The notes: a model not told the origin generated them from the letters alone. A DNA stretch of 64,000 nucleotides from Nitrospirota bacterium (GCA_963755045.1 CAVWIL010000009.1:9485-73484), one strand, 5' to 3'; positions 31,049 through 42,256 are shown, numbered from the stretch's first letter. Program-made: numbers and translations.

Positions 31049-32179
31049 ATGATTTACTACCTGGCGAGGCGGGCTGTCCTGAAATGGCTTGAGATCCCGT
31101 CAGTTTATCAGATCGCAAAGGACGAGTTATACGAACTTGACAGCGCATCGTTCACTTTTCTTAAAAAGTGCGCCTCGCACGACGGGTGCGCCTCAAAGAA
31201 CAGCGCGTTCGTGGATTACTGCCTGACCGAGGGACTGCTGACAACAACCCCGGATGCGGTCCGGCGGCCCGCTCTCAAACAGGGGCCCGAGCCTTCGCTC
31301 CGGTACCTGGAACTCCAGATCACCGATGCCTGCAACCTCAGATGCAAGCATTGTTATATCGGCACTACCGGTCACAACGAACTGACCGTGGACCAGGTGG
31401 AAAAGGTCCTGCGCGAATTCGAGGAGATGCAGGGTTTACGCGTCCTGATAACCGGTGGCGAACCGCTGGTACACAGCAAGTTCCACGAGATCAACGAGAT
31501 GCTTCCTGATTTTTTCGTCAGGAAGGTCCTGTTCACGAATGGAGTGCTCCTCAAAAAGGAAGACGTGAAAGCGCTCAACGTCGAAGAGATACAGGTGAGC
31601 CTGGATGGCCTTGAACTTGCCCACGACAAACTCCGGGGAAGCGGGACATTTAAACGAACCATGGAATCGATGAAACACGCGCTTGACGCCGGCTTTGATG
31701 TTTCAGTGTCCACTATGGTACATAAGCATAATACAGCGGACTTCGACAGCATGGAACAGCTGTTCAAGAAGATGGGGATCAAGGATTGGACCGTGGATGT
31801 TCCGTGTCTGGTCGGCAGGCTGAAGAAAAATGAGGAGTTTTATGTCAGTCCCGATGAAGGCGGAAAATATCTCGGCTATGGATATGGTAATGGACTTCAT
31901 TCCTCCACACAGGGGTATGGCTGCGGCCTCCATCTCATGGCGGTGATGGCAGATGGAAATATAGCAAAATGTACATTTTACGGACACCAGCCCGTGGGCA
32001 CCGTGAACCATGGCCTTAGATCAGCCTGGGGTAAAATACAACCGGTCAAGCTTAAGGACCTGCAGTGCGACTGCGAGTACCTTGAAGTATGCCGGGGAGG
32101 GTGCAGATACCGGGCGGAGCTTATCGAGGGGAAAAGTGGAAAAGACCTGTACCGGTGCGCGCTCTATGATATACTATAA
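31049..32179 (+). CDS. Radical SAM/SPASM domain protein
   Basis: CNLRCKHC, ITGGEP, SLDG; SPASM-type GCG...AKC...CDCEYLEVCRGGC...RC; ~80-aa N-terminal extension. Confidence 0.92.
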   Translation: MIYYLARRAVLKWLEIPSVYQIAKDELYELDSASFTFLKKCASHDGCASKNSAFVDYCLTEGLLTTTPDAVRRPALKQGPEPSLRYLELQITDACNLRCKHCYIGTTGHNELTVDQVEKVLREFEEMQGLRVLITGGEPLVHSKFHEINEMLPDFFVRKVLFTNGVLLKKEDVKALNVEEIQVSLDGLELAHDKLRGSGTFKRTMESMKHALDAGFDVSVSTMVHKHNTADFDSMEQLFKKMGIKDWTVDVPCLVGRLKKNEEFYVSPDEGGKYLGYGYGNGLHSSTQGYGCGLHLMAVMADGNIAKCTFYGHQPVGTVNHGLRSAWGKIQPVKLKDLQCDCEYLEVCRGGCRYRAELIEGKSGKDLYRCALYDIL

Positions 32180-32275
32180 GATAATACGGACCGATAATCG
32201 TATTGTGGCAATCCGAAAAAATGCATTGAACATCTCAGAATCTAAGGCGTGTTCGAAAGAAAGGAGGTCTTTCCA

Positions 32276-32338
32276 ATGACCATTAAGAAGGTAACGAAAA
32301 AAATGGCGGTCACCTGCAAGTGCAAAAGCTCCTGCTGA
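32276..32338 (+). CDS. 20-aa Cys-rich peptide, candidate RiPP precursor
   Basis: AAGGAGGT RBS, then MTIKKVTKKMAVTCKCKSSC*; followed by a terminator. Confidence 0.7.
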   Translation: MTIKKVTKKMAVTCKCKSSC

Positions 32339-32367
32339 CACCGACACGGTCTGCCCAAGACACAGAT

Positions 32368-32397
32368 AAGCCCGGCACTCTTTGCCGGGCTTTTTTA
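32368..32397 (+). terminator. Intrinsic terminator
   Basis: AAGCCCGGCA-CTCTT-TGCCGGGCTT followed by TTTTA. Confidence 0.85.
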
Positions 32398-32586
32398 TCA
32401 AATACTTTTGTCGTTTCTTCTTGACCCAAGGTGACTTGCAAGAATTTCACATTGAAGCAATTGAGCTCTACCGATTGTCTGAAATGTTCGGATTTGTTCG
32501 GAGGTATCACCTTTAAGAGTTCCCGGAGCTGTTCGTTCTTCCGATAAGCATCCCCCGGTGAATACCAGCGTATTGTTATAACCCTA

Positions 32587-33681
32587 TCACACGTTAAACC
32601 GAAAGAGCATGATGTCCCCGTCCTTGACCACGTAATCCTTGCCTTCAGAACGAAGCAAACCCGCCTCTTTCACGGCCTTCTCAGAACCGAGCTTCATCAA
32701 ATCATTGAAATGGAACACCTCTGCGCGAATGAAACCTTTTTCAAAATCCGAGTGGATCTTTCCGGCGGCCTGCGGCGCCTTGGTGCCCTTGGTAATGGTC
32801 CATGCCCGCACTTCTTTCTCGCCTGCGGTAAGGTAGGTGATAAGTCCGAGGAGCTCGTAGCCCGCGCGAATCATGCGATCGAGGCCTGACTCCTTGAGCC
32901 CCATGCCTGCAAGGTATTCCATTCGTTCTTCCATGGGAAGCTGGGCGATCTCACCCTCCACCTGGCCCGAGATGACGACGACTCGGGCATCTTCCTCGGC
33001 AGCGATCTTCCTGACCGCGTCCACAAGCGGGTTCGGCTTGTCCACCATGTCCTCTGCCACGTTCGCCACATAGAGCACCGGTTTAGCGGATAACAAGGCG
33101 TAGCTCTTGAGCCACACGGTCTCTTCCTCGGAATGGGTCGCGCGGCGGATAGGCTCCCCCCTCGCAAGCATGTCCTTGAGCCTCCGCATGAACTCCAACT
33201 CTTCCAATACCTTTTTATCCGCGGTTCTGGCCGTCTTCTCGGCTTTATACAGCCGTTTCTCTATAGCATCGAGGTCCGCAAGCATGAGTTCCGCCTCGAT
33301 CACCTCGATGTCCTCCCGGGGGTCCACCTTCCCGGCCACATGAATGACATTCGGGTCTTCGAAGCAGCGCACCACGTGCGCGATGGCGTCCACCTCGCGG
33401 ATGTTGGCGAGAAACTTGTTTCCCAGCCCTTCCCCCTGCGCCGCGCCCTTGACGAGACCGGCGATGTCCACGAACTCCATGCTCGTGGGGGTTCTTTTTT
33501 TCGGCTTGTAGATCTCGACAAGCTTGTCGATCCGCTCATCCGGCATGTCCACCACACCGACGTTCGGATCGATGGTGGTAAAGGGATAGTTCGAGGCCTG
33601 AGCACCCGCGGAGGTGAGCGCGTTGAAAATAGTGGACTTGCCGACGTTCGGCAGACCGACGATACCGCAGTTGAAACCCAT
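32587..33681 (-). CDS. ychF: Ribosome-binding ATPase YchF
   Basis: [38 protein letters not shown]. Confidence 0.98.
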   Translation of the reverse strand: MGFNCGIVGLPNVGKSTIFNALTSAGAQASNYPFTTIDPNVGVVDMPDERIDKLVEIYKPKKRTPTSMEFVDIAGLVKGAAQGEGLGNKFLANIREVDAIAHVVRCFEDPNVIHVAGKVDPREDIEVIEAELMLADLDAIEKRLYKAEKTARTADKKVLEELEFMRRLKDMLARGEPIRRATHSEEETVWLKSYALLSAKPVLYVANVAEDMVDKPNPLVDAVRKIAAEEDARVVVISGQVEGEIAQLPMEERMEYLAGMGLKESGLDRMIRAGYELLGLITYLTAGEKEVRAWTITKGTKAPQAAGKIHSDFEKGFIRAEVFHFNDLMKLGSEKAVKEAGLLRSEGKDYVVKDGDIMLFRFNV

Positions 33682-33976
33682 AAAAAACTCCTTAAAATTT
33701 ATATCTACCACTGAGTCACGGAGGCACTAAGGACAACTAACATTGATGCAAAGAAAGTCAAAACTACATATCCGACATAACAAGTGCAAACGGGCATCCA
33801 GTCTTTTCACAGATTCATGACCCTGGAAACCCGCATTCACGGGCATGACACTTTATACGATATAATCAACGTGATGTCTTCGTGCCTTGTGGCAAATCGG
33901 TATTAAACCAAAAAAAAACCCGGAGCTGTCGGAATGGTCCTCCAGGTCCGGGCTTCTGATATTATTGATTGAATGC

Positions 33977-34540
33977 TTACTTTTGATTAACGATATCCAT
34001 GGCCCGTGCGGGGCCTTCAACAACAATGCGTCTGACCGTTTCCGCGGCCTTTGCAACGGCCTCTGAAGCAGCCGGACGCTCTTCGGCGAGAAATGGGCTA
34101 AGCACGTAATCCGCCGCATCTATATTCAGCGCCGGCCTGTTGATCCCGATGCGGACCCGGATAAAGTCCGATGACCCCAGGCACTCGATGATGGAGCGAA
34201 GCCCGTTGTGGCCTCCGTGGCCACCGCCGATCTTCACGCGCACGGACCCAAGCGGAAGATCCAGATCATCGTGGAGCACGATGAGATCGGACACGGTTTT
34301 GTAAGCGTCCCTCAGAATCGCAGCCACCGCCCGGCCGCTGTCGTTCATATACGTTTGCGGTTTGACCAGGAGCGATTCCTCTGAATCGATCCTGGCCTTC
34401 CCGATCAGCGCGTGGTGTTTTTCCTGAGTACTGTCAACACGCAGGTTTCTGGCAAGCTCGTCTAGTGCCATGAAGCCTGCATTGTGACGCGTGCGTTCGT
34501 ACGTTCTGCCCGGATTGCCGAGCCCGACGATGATCTTCAT
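33977..34540 (-). CDS. pth: Peptidyl-tRNA hydrolase
   Basis: VGLGNPG, TRHNAGF, PQTYMN, GGHNGLRS. Confidence 0.98.
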   Translation of the reverse strand: MKIIVGLGNPGRTYERTRHNAGFMALDELARNLRVDSTQEKHHALIGKARIDSEESLLVKPQTYMNDSGRAVAAILRDAYKTVSDLIVLHDDLDLPLGSVRVKIGGGHGGHNGLRSIIECLGSSDFIRVRIGINRPALNIDAADYVLSPFLAEERPAASEAVAKAAETVRRIVVEGPARAMDIVNQK

Positions 34541-34650
34541 CGGACCCGTGATCGCAAAGTGCGTTTTTCAAATTGCAGATTGCACAAGGAAGACAAGGCG
34601 GCCATACCTTCAGTTTGCATTGTGCACGTTACATTCTGCATTGATCCGCC

Positions 34651-35410
34651 TTATTTCTTCGGTGCAGCTTCCTTCTTCGGAGCAGCTTCTTTTGCACCTT
34701 CTTTGGCCCCTTCTTTGCCCTTTGCTTCAGCGCCCGCCGCAGCCGCAGCCTCTTCTTCCTTCTTCGTCTTCTTGACGAGCTCGGGCTCAGCACCCTCCGC
34801 TGCCACAGCCGGGGTCGCGGTAAGCATTTCCTCGAGCTTGGCCTCCGAGATCGGCGGCTGGATCGTCGCCACGGTCGCGTCCAGATCAGTCAGGATCTTG
34901 ACGCCTTCAGGCGCCTTGATGTCTCTCACGTGGAGGGACTCGTTCACCTTGAGATGCTCGATATTGACGTCGATAAAATCAGGGATATGAGCCGGAAGGC
35001 ACTCGATATCGAGATTACGCTGACCATACTGGAAGATGCCGCCTTCCTTCACCCCGATGGAATTCCCGGAAATGTGCACCGCCACCTGGAGTCTTCACCT
35101 TCTGGTTCATGGCGACTTCCATGAGATCGAGATGAATGAGCCTGCTGCTTATGGGGTCCACCTGGTAGTCCTTGATCAGTGCCAGCTTGACACCCGCGCC
35201 TTTTCCTCCCTCGAGCTTGAGGTTGATGAGCGCATGCGCTCCACCCTCGGCGTTCAGGACCTTCGAGACGTCCTTATTGACCATCACAATGGGCGTGGAC
35301 TTGCCATGGCTGTAGAGGACCGCCGGCACCTGCGCATCCCTCCGCAATCCACGGGCAGCTCCCTTGCCCACCTTGTCTCTGACTTGTGCTGTTAATGATA
35401 TTTTTTCCAT
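34651..35410 (-). CDS. rplY: 50S ribosomal protein L25/Ctc (frameshift near 35090)
   Basis: GKGAARGLRR...VPAVLY, HLDL, then GVKEGG...LPAHIP. Confidence 0.93.
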
Positions 35411-35549
35411 TTCTCCTCCGATACAATTATTAATGAAGCGTTATACATGACGACAGAATAAACACCGGTGAACACGCTTCGGTTACCACACAGGACAGGC
35501 TCTGCGTCCCTGCGGTTATTCGTGTTCACCCGTGGTTCCTCTCTTCCGT

Positions 35550-36509
35550 TTATACGAACAACGAGCTGAGCGATGTTTCCTCGTGAATCCTCGTGATGGC
35601 ATCGGCAAGAAGCTGCGCAACAGAAAGCACCTTCAGCTTTTTACATTCCTGTTGTTTGCTGTCCAGAGCGATCGTATTTGTTGTGATCAGCTCATCGAGC
35701 GAAGATTCATTAATGCGCTTGATCGCCGGGCCTGAGAGCACCGCGTGGGAACAGGCGGCATTGATCGTACCGGCCCCGTTCGCCCTGAGCGCGGCCGCGC
35801 CTTCGGTCAACGTTCCGGCGGTGTCCACCATGTCATCCAGCAGCAGGCAGTCATGCCCCTTGACGTCGCCGATGATATGCATGACCTGCGCCTCGTTCGG
35901 CTTGTCCCTCCGCTTGTCGATGATCGCAAGCGCTGCATTAAGCCGCTTGGCGAATGCCCGCGCCCGCTCCACGCCGCCGGCGTCGGGCGAAACAACGGTC
36001 AGGTTGTTGAATGTCTTCGACCGGAGATACTCGAGGAGCACCGGTGCGGCAAACAGATTGTCCACGGGGATATTGAAGAACCCCTGAATCTGGCCCGCAT
36101 GCAGGTCGACCGTAAGGACCCGGTTCGCGCCCGCGGTCGTGATCAGATCGGCCACCAGCTTGGACGTAATGGGGACGCGGGGCTGCACTTTCCGGTCCTG
36201 CCGGCTGTACCCGTAATAGGGCAGCACCGCCGTGATGCGGGTCGCCGACGCCCGTTTGAGCGCATCGATCATGATCAGCAATTCCATGAGATTCCGGTTC
36301 ACCGGGTTCCCCGTGGGCTGCACGACAAAGACATCCATGCCGCGCACGTTGTCCACGATCTGGACGTTGATCTCGCCGTCGCTGAAACGGCCCACCAGCG
36401 CGTTCCCGAGCGGGATGTTCATGTCCTGGCAGATTTCCTTTGCCAGCGCCGGATTTGCGTTGCCCGAAAAAATCTTTATTTCCCGTGATCTTGCCTTCAA
36501 TTCATTCAT
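35550..36509 (-). CDS. prs: Ribose-phosphate pyrophosphokinase
   Basis: [32 protein letters not shown]. Confidence 0.99.
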   Translation of the reverse strand: MNELKARSREIKIFSGNANPALAKEICQDMNIPLGNALVGRFSDGEINVQIVDNVRGMDVFVVQPTGNPVNRNLMELLIMIDALKRASATRITAVLPYYGYSRQDRKVQPRVPITSKLVADLITTAGANRVLTVDLHAGQIQGFFNIPVDNLFAAPVLLEYLRSKTFNNLTVVSPDAGGVERARAFAKRLNAALAIIDKRRDKPNEAQVMHIIGDVKGHDCLLLDDMVDTAGTLTEGAAALRANGAGTINAACSHAVLSGPAIKRINESSLDELITTNTIALDSKQQECKKLKVLSVAQLLADAITRIHEETSLSSLFV

Positions 36510-36525
36510 CCTCTTTTCCGATTAC

Positions 36526-36599
36526 TGGTTCGGGGACAGGGATTCGAACCCCGATAAAAGGCTTCAAAGGCCTCTGTCCTACCATTAGACGATCCCCGA
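36526..36599 (-). tRNA. tRNA-Gln (TTG)
   Basis: TCGGGGA acceptor stem, TAATGGTA D-loop, GAGGC-CTTTGAA-GCCTT anticodon arm, GGTTCGAATCC, CCA end. Confidence 0.96.
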
Positions 36600-36820
36600 T
36601 CAAAGGCCGACCCCGGACCTGGCCGCGGGGTCGAATAAACCCCGATAGAGAACAACTGCGCAGACTAAAAACATATTGCTGACGAACCATATCCGTTCAA
36701 AGAGATGTTCAGCCGTACACAGGGCGGGCTGCATTCTCCAACGGGGTAAAAATCAAAGGATAGGCAGGCGCCTATCCTCTCGTATCACATGCAGAATCGG
36801 CAAACTCATATTAAAACGTA

Positions 36821-37123
36821 TTATTGCCTGTCGGAATCTTTCGGCGCCGGCTCTTGCTTCGCGGGATTGGCCAGCTCGCGTTCGTATTCGGCAAGAACTT
36901 TCTTTTCTATCACCTGCCTGGTCTCGCTGTTCAGCGGATGGGCAATGTCCCTGAACGATCCGTCCTTCATCTTGCGGCTCGGCATGGCCACAAATAATCC
37001 CGCGTTGCCGAGAATGACACGCAGGTCCCTGACCAGAAACACGTTGTCAATCGTTATGGTTGCATAGGCCTTGAGACGTTCTTCATTATTGACCGGGAAA
37101 ACCCTCACCTCCGTGATTTCCAT
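36821..37123 (-). CDS. spoVG: Septation regulator SpoVG
   Basis: [25 protein letters not shown]. Confidence 0.96.
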   Translation of the reverse strand: MEITEVRVFPVNNEERLKAYATITIDNVFLVRDLRVILGNAGLFVAMPSRKMKDGSFRDIAHPLNSETRQVIEKKVLAEYERELANPAKQEPAPKDSDRQ

Positions 37124-37193
37124 AGACTCTCCCCTTAACGCTGAAGAATCGTCGTACTAGGGTCGATCCTGACAAGTTCGGAATGATGTTCTG

Positions 37194-38072
37194 CTAGCCA
37201 GCACAAAACTCCGCGAGCGGTGATTCGGTCAATGTTTCTACCGGATAAAACATCCATCCTTCGGGGGAAAGGCTATCCGATGCAACCCGGCATGCAGCCT
37301 CCGTCTCGAATATACCGAACACCGTCGGTCCGCTCCCGCTCATAAGAGCGCCCACGGCCCCCCGGTCCAAAAGCGCTTCTTTTATCCTGTTTATCACCGG
37401 GAGACGTACCGAGGTCACCGTCTCAAGGTCATTATGGAGCCCCAGTGCAATATTTCGGAGATTAAGCCTTGCAATTTTATTACAGTCGCCTTTTTTTGTC
37501 AACCTCAAATTTAAGTTTTTGTAAACCCAGGCAGTGGAGGTCTCAACCCCCGGGTTGACGAGTAAGATGTGAATACGCGGCAACGGCGTCAGCTCCGTGA
37601 GGATTTCTCCTCTCCCCTGGGCGAGGGCGGTCGGGCCGAAGAAGAAAAAGGGCACGTCCATCCCGATTCGAGCGCCGATTTCAGCCAGGTGGTCCCGGTC
37701 AAGTCCAATGCCGAGCAGTCTGTTTAATGCCACGAGCACGGCTGCGGCATTGCCGCTCCCTCCACCGAGCCCGGCTGCGACGGGTATGTTTTTTTTGATC
37801 TCGATAGCCAAGCCGGCTTCTTTACCGGAGATTCCGAGCATTTCCGATGCCGCCTTCCAGGCAATGTTCTCCCGCCCGGACGGCACTGCACGGCTGTCAC
37901 AGGTCACCCTGATGCCCCGTCCGCCAAGCGATACGGTCACCTCGTCGAACAGCCCTACCATCTGCATCAGCATCTCCACGTCGTGGTAACCGTCCGGCCT
38001 CCTGCCGAGCACGGACAGACAAAGGTTGATCTTCGCCGGAGACTGAAGCGTGATAGTGTTCATCGAGTCCAT
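37194..38072 (-). CDS. ispE: 4-diphosphocytidyl-2-C-methyl-D-erythritol kinase
   Basis: PAKINL, IPVAAGLGGGS, MSGSGPTVF. Confidence 0.97.
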   Translation of the reverse strand: MDSMNTITLQSPAKINLCLSVLGRRPDGYHDVEMLMQMVGLFDEVTVSLGGRGIRVTCDSRAVPSGRENIAWKAASEMLGISGKEAGLAIEIKKNIPVAAGLGGGSGNAAAVLVALNRLLGIGLDRDHLAEIGARIGMDVPFFFFGPTALAQGRGEILTELTPLPRIHILLVNPGVETSTAWVYKNLNLRLTKKGDCNKIARLNLRNIALGLHNDLETVTSVRLPVINRIKEALLDRGAVGALMSGSGPTVFGIFETEAACRVASDSLSPEGWMFYPVETLTESPLAEFCAG

Positions 38073-38152
38073 GTGTCTTCTCTCTACTCCCCGTCCCACA
38101 TCCCTCATCCTACATCCTAACCCGGACCAGCACGCCATGGCAGAGTGAAAAC

Positions 38153-38344
38153 GGAGCAAGCCGGACCAAAAGGCGTCTCTCGCAGAGAACGCAGAGTTAA
38201 ATCAGAACCTTTTTATGTATTTGTTTTAATCCGGAACATCTTTTGCGCTTATCTCTGCGCACTCTGCGGAAGTCCTAAGTGGCCGCTTTTCTTTCATAGG
38301 CCACTGCGAGAAAATTTCTTGCTGTTTTTAGAAGAATTTGATTC
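38153..38344 (+). repeat. CGCAGAG/CTCTGCG element copy 2, with an internal insertion
   Basis: Same ends as 18607-18766; extra GAAGTCC...ATAGGCCA segment in the right arm. Confidence 0.85.
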
Positions 38345-38370
38345 TGGAGTAACTATTTCTCCGGCTTCCC

Positions 38371-39147
38371 TTATTTGACCTCTGCCCCCTGGTCTGAAAG
38401 AGTAAACACATCGTCAGCCACGTTCTCATTCACGTCCGTCTCGGTGTATTCGATCGTGATCATCACGCGCTTTTCGGGATTTTCTATGACGATTGTCCGG
38501 GGCACGAGAATATGCGATACTTCCTGCATGCGTTCATACCGTGTCCGGTACACCAGGGTGTTCGACCGGTAGAGCTCCTGATCGGCGATCCTGACTGACG
38601 GCGCCGGGCCTCCTGAGGAAAGCAGCACACGGATGCGACGCTCCGTGTCCCCCTCAGGCAGCTCGATCACGCAGGCGTTTTTCTGCGTGCAGAACGCCCG
38701 CGAGTCCAAAGGCCGGGTGATCTCCGTGATCGTCCCGGAGAAGATGGCACAAAGATCCTTTGCCTCCACGCTCATGCCGAGAAGTTTCTCGATCCCTGCC
38801 TGCCCGGGCCTCATGACCCGGTCGTTGTCCTGCATGCGCAGCAATACTTCCTTGCCGTCCCATACGAGCGCGATGAGGGACTGGCCCAGAGGCCCGAAGG
38901 CTTCCACCCGAAGCCTGCGCTGAGCATCGAGCACGATACCCACGGTATCGAAAAAGCGTTTTTTACCCCGCGTGACCACCTCAACGGTCGCGAGCGCCTT
39001 AAGCCCGGTGAAGGCCTGGCGCTGCCGTTCTAGCGCCTGGACGAACGGACCGGCAGGAACCTCGGTCCCGGGGATCTCTGGTTTTTTAGGGAGACACGAG
39101 AACAGGAATAGAACAGCGATGAGGGCGATGAGTCGGCGGGCCTTCAC
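38371..39147 (-). CDS. Lipoprotein, LolB-like/DUF4292-like
   Basis: Lipobox LFSC; RLRVEAFGPLGQ; occupies the lolB position between a TPR gene and ispE. Confidence 0.65.
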   Translation of the reverse strand: MKARRLIALIAVLFLFSCLPKKPEIPGTEVPAGPFVQALERQRQAFTGLKALATVEVVTRGKKRFFDTVGIVLDAQRRLRVEAFGPLGQSLIALVWDGKEVLLRMQDNDRVMRPGQAGIEKLLGMSVEAKDLCAIFSGTITEITRPLDSRAFCTQKNACVIELPEGDTERRIRVLLSSGGPAPSVRIADQELYRSNTLVYRTRYERMQEVSHILVPRTIVIENPEKRVMITIEYTETDVNENVADDVFTLSDQGAEVK

Positions 39148-40894
39148 TTCTTCCCTTTTTTCCTTGGGGTCACGTCCTTGAGCAGGTCATCGGGATTACC
39201 GAACCCCGCCTCCTTAAACTTTGCGCGAAGCTTCTCGTTCTTGGGGTCCAGTTCCAGGGACTTGAGCCACTGCAGTTTGGCCTCGTCCTTCTTGGAAAGC
39301 TTCAGGTAAATATCTCCAAAGTGTTCGCGCATCACGGGGTCCTCATGTACCTTCGCGACAGCGTCTTTCATAGTCGCGAGCGCCTCTTTCAGCATGCCCT
39401 TCTGATAATAGGCCCAAGCGAGGCTGTCGAGGATGTAGCCGCTCTCGGGTTTGATCACGAGTGCACGCTTGATAAGCCGTATCGACTCGTCCAGGTTCTC
39501 TCCCGCTTCGGCAAAGGAATAGCCCAGGTAGTTCAGGGCGTCCGCATGGTCCGGCTTGAGCTCGATCGTCTTTCTGAGCGTCAGCGATCATCTCGTCGCG
39601 CTTGCCCTGCTTTTCGTAGGCAATTGCCAGACTGAACAGCAGGTCGTCCCGGTCCGGCGCCATCTGGAACCCCTTGATGCAGCGTATCAACAGCCTGCTG
39701 GTATTTCTCAAGATCCATATACGCATTGGCCAGATAAAGATACAGCTCGGGCTTCCCAGGCTGTTCGGCGAGCGCCTTTTCCAGGAGCGGCACAGCGTCC
39801 GCCGTCCTGCCCATCTGCGCATAGACGTACGCCATCTGAAGGATCGTGTCGGTATCCTCGGGTGCTGCTGACCGGAGAGCCTGGTATTCCGCAAGCGCCT
39901 CCGAATACCGTTCCGCGGCCACCAGGGTTGAGGCAAGGTAACGCCTGACCCGCAGCTCCTGCGGGACTGCGCGCGTAACGATATGGAATGCCTCCACTGC
40001 CTCTGCGTATTTCTTCTGCTCGGTATAGATAAGGCCGATCTTGACAAAGGCATCATAGTTCTTCGGGTCCAGGTTGGTCACCCGTTTCAATTGTTCCAAT
40101 GCCTCGGGAAGCGAATTCTGCTGAATATAGAGCTGGGCGAGGTGCTGCTCGATCTCGATGTTGTGGGGATTGATCTCGACGGCCTTTTTATATGCCTCAA
40201 TGGCGTCGTTGACTTTGTCCATTTGCTCATAGATGAACGCCATGCCTACGTATGCAGGCTCGAAGTCGTCCCGGATGGAGAGCGCGCGCTTATATTCGGC
40301 CAGTGCTTCCTTATACATCTGCTGTTCCGTGTAGATCCGGCCGAGATAATAAGGTGACATGAGCATCGTGGGATTGATCTTATCAAGGGCATGAAACGTC
40401 GCCACGGCTTCATCGTACCGTTTCAGAGATGCGTACAATGAACCGAGGTACAGATAGGGGTCCTCCTGCTGCGGATTGATCGCTATCACCTTGAGGTAAG
40501 CGGTCACTGCATCGTCGTATCTCTTTTTGCTCGTATAGATGCTGGCAAGGAGCATAAGCGGCTGCGTGTTGTCCGGTTGGAGTTCCGCGGCCCGCTCGGC
40601 AAAACGGATCGCCTGATCGAGTTGTCCCTTGCGAAAACTGAGGGTCGCGAGGGCGAGGGTGACTTCAGCCGCGTTCGGATCCAGCCGGGAGGCTTCCTCG
40701 TATTCCTTCATGGCGACGTCGAATGCTCCATCCTCTTCAGAAAGCCTGCCGACCATAAAATGGTAATAGGCATCGGCTTGTCTGCTAACGTCCGGCCCGA
40801 TCGCCTCGGATACGTTTTCATGCATCCCGGAGGAAAGCGTTGCGCAGGAAACAACGAAAATGGAGAGCGACAACAGAGCGAAGGTCTTTTTCAT
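39144..40894 (-). CDS. TPR repeat lipoprotein (frameshifts near 39570-39680)
   Basis: VVSC lipobox, many TPR repeats, C-terminal ILDSLAWAYY...EHFGDIY. Confidence 0.88.
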
Positions 40895-40988
40895 GATCGT
40901 AAATCTATGCGAACGATTGGTGTCTGTCAAGGTAAACTCCCAACAGCGGTAAATTGTATTATTTCATTCCTGAAGAAGGGGAACGCTT

Positions 40989-41191
40989 AACCGGACAAGC
41001 CGGAACCGAAAAGTCGTCTCTCGCAGAGACCGCCGAGGACGCAGATTTAAATTAAAATCTTTATGTATTGTTATCAAACCGGAATATTTTTTTCGCTTTT
41101 CTCTGCGAACTCTGTTTATGGCCGCGCTTACGCAAGTGCAGGCTACGTCTCTGCGAGAAAATTTCTTGCCTTTTTAAGAAGAATTTGATTC
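40989..41191 (+). repeat. CGCAGAG/CTCTGCG element copy 3, with a different internal insertion
   Basis: Shared ends; extra TTTATGGCC...CAGGCTA segment in the right arm. Confidence 0.85.
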
Positions 41192-41965
41192 CTATCCATC
41201 TTTCTTCATAAGTCGCTTCACATGCTCCAGACTCGTCTCTATACCATTTTTATCGTGCACTTCAACGGTAAGAACAGGGAGCGGAACATGGGCGTTCATC
41301 AGACCGAAGAATTTTTCAAAATCGATATTCCCCTGTCCCAGGGCCCAATGCGAGTCGGCCGTCCCATCGTTGTCGTGCAAATGAACCTCCACCAGGTGGC
41401 GTCCGAGAGACGCGAACCATTGTTCCATCGTGACCGATGAAAATAGATTGAAATGGCCTGTGTCGAAACAAAACCCGAAATCCGGGCTGTTGATCTTCTC
41501 AATAAGCATCTGAAGCGCATCCGGCTCTTCATCGAACACATTCTCGACCGCAACGCGCAGTCCGATCTTCGTTGCCGCGTCCATGACCTTCTGCCAGGTC
41601 TCAATGCTGTTCTCGAGCCAGATGTCCTTCCTTCCGCTGTAGCGCCACCGGTCGTAGGCCGCGTGGAACACGACAGCGCGCGGTTTCAGCATGGCTGCTA
41701 CGGCCAGGATCTGCCGGAAACGCACCTGTGTCACCGACTGCACCATGGGGTCCATGGCGCCGGGGTTCAGGTCCATGAACGGCGCGTGGAGCGTCAGCTT
41801 GGGATTCCAGTCAAGGCGTTCGAGCAGTTTCTCGATATCCTGCTTCTCGATCTGGTCGAGGACCGCGCCGGAAAAATAGATCTCGAGGTCATAGCGGCGT
41901 TTACGCAGCATCTCGAGGTAATCCTTCAGCATCGGAAAGGGTATCTGGACGTGTATGGGTTCCAT
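41192..41965 (-). CDS. Sugar phosphate isomerase/epimerase (AP endonuclease 2 TIM barrel)
   Basis: HAPFMDLN, VENV, FDTGH, HLHDNDG. Confidence 0.88.
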   Translation of the reverse strand: MEPIHVQIPFPMLKDYLEMLRKRRYDLEIYFSGAVLDQIEKQDIEKLLERLDWNPKLTLHAPFMDLNPGAMDPMVQSVTQVRFRQILAVAAMLKPRAVVFHAAYDRWRYSGRKDIWLENSIETWQKVMDAATKIGLRVAVENVFDEEPDALQMLIEKINSPDFGFCFDTGHFNLFSSVTMEQWFASLGRHLVEVHLHDNDGTADSHWALGQGNIDFEKFFGLMNAHVPLPVLTVEVHDKNGIETSLEHVKRLMKKDG

Positions 41966-41971
41966 CGGGTC

Positions 41972-42256
41972 TTAGCCTTTGGACGGACAGGCGCCAGTAC
42001 AGGTGCCCGCAGCAGCACATGCCGGCTTTGGCTCCTCTTTGGGTTTCTCCGAAGCACTTCCCTCTTTTCGGTCATTCGACGGGTAATCCGTCACATACCA
42101 GCCACTCCCCTTAAGCACGAAGGCCGGCGTAGAAAGCACTTTGTGGATATTCTTGGCTTTGCACAGCGCGCATACAGAGAGATCCGGATCGCTGAATTTC
42201 CGGACAGCCTCAAAGCGGCCCCCACAGCTTCCGCATTCATATTCATAAACGGGCAT
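41972..42256 (-). CDS. FmdB family zinc-ribbon protein
   Basis: MPVYEYECGSC...CALC...FVLKGSGWYVTDY. Confidence 0.92.
   Translation of the reverse strand: MPVYEYECGSCGGRFEAVRKFSDPDLSVCALCKAKNIHKVLSTPAFVLKGSGWYVTDYPSNDRKEGSASEKPKEEPKPACAAAGTCTGACPSKG

Noticed and set aside
32336-32440. Selenocysteine readthrough at the TGA ending the 20-aa peptide
   Set aside because: Readthrough would run through the intrinsic terminator and I see no convincing SECIS at the expected spacing. Not fully excluded without homologs.
32400-32580. Short open frame on the minus strand after ychF
   Set aside because: No clear start or RBS and no recognisable motif; at most a gene fragment.
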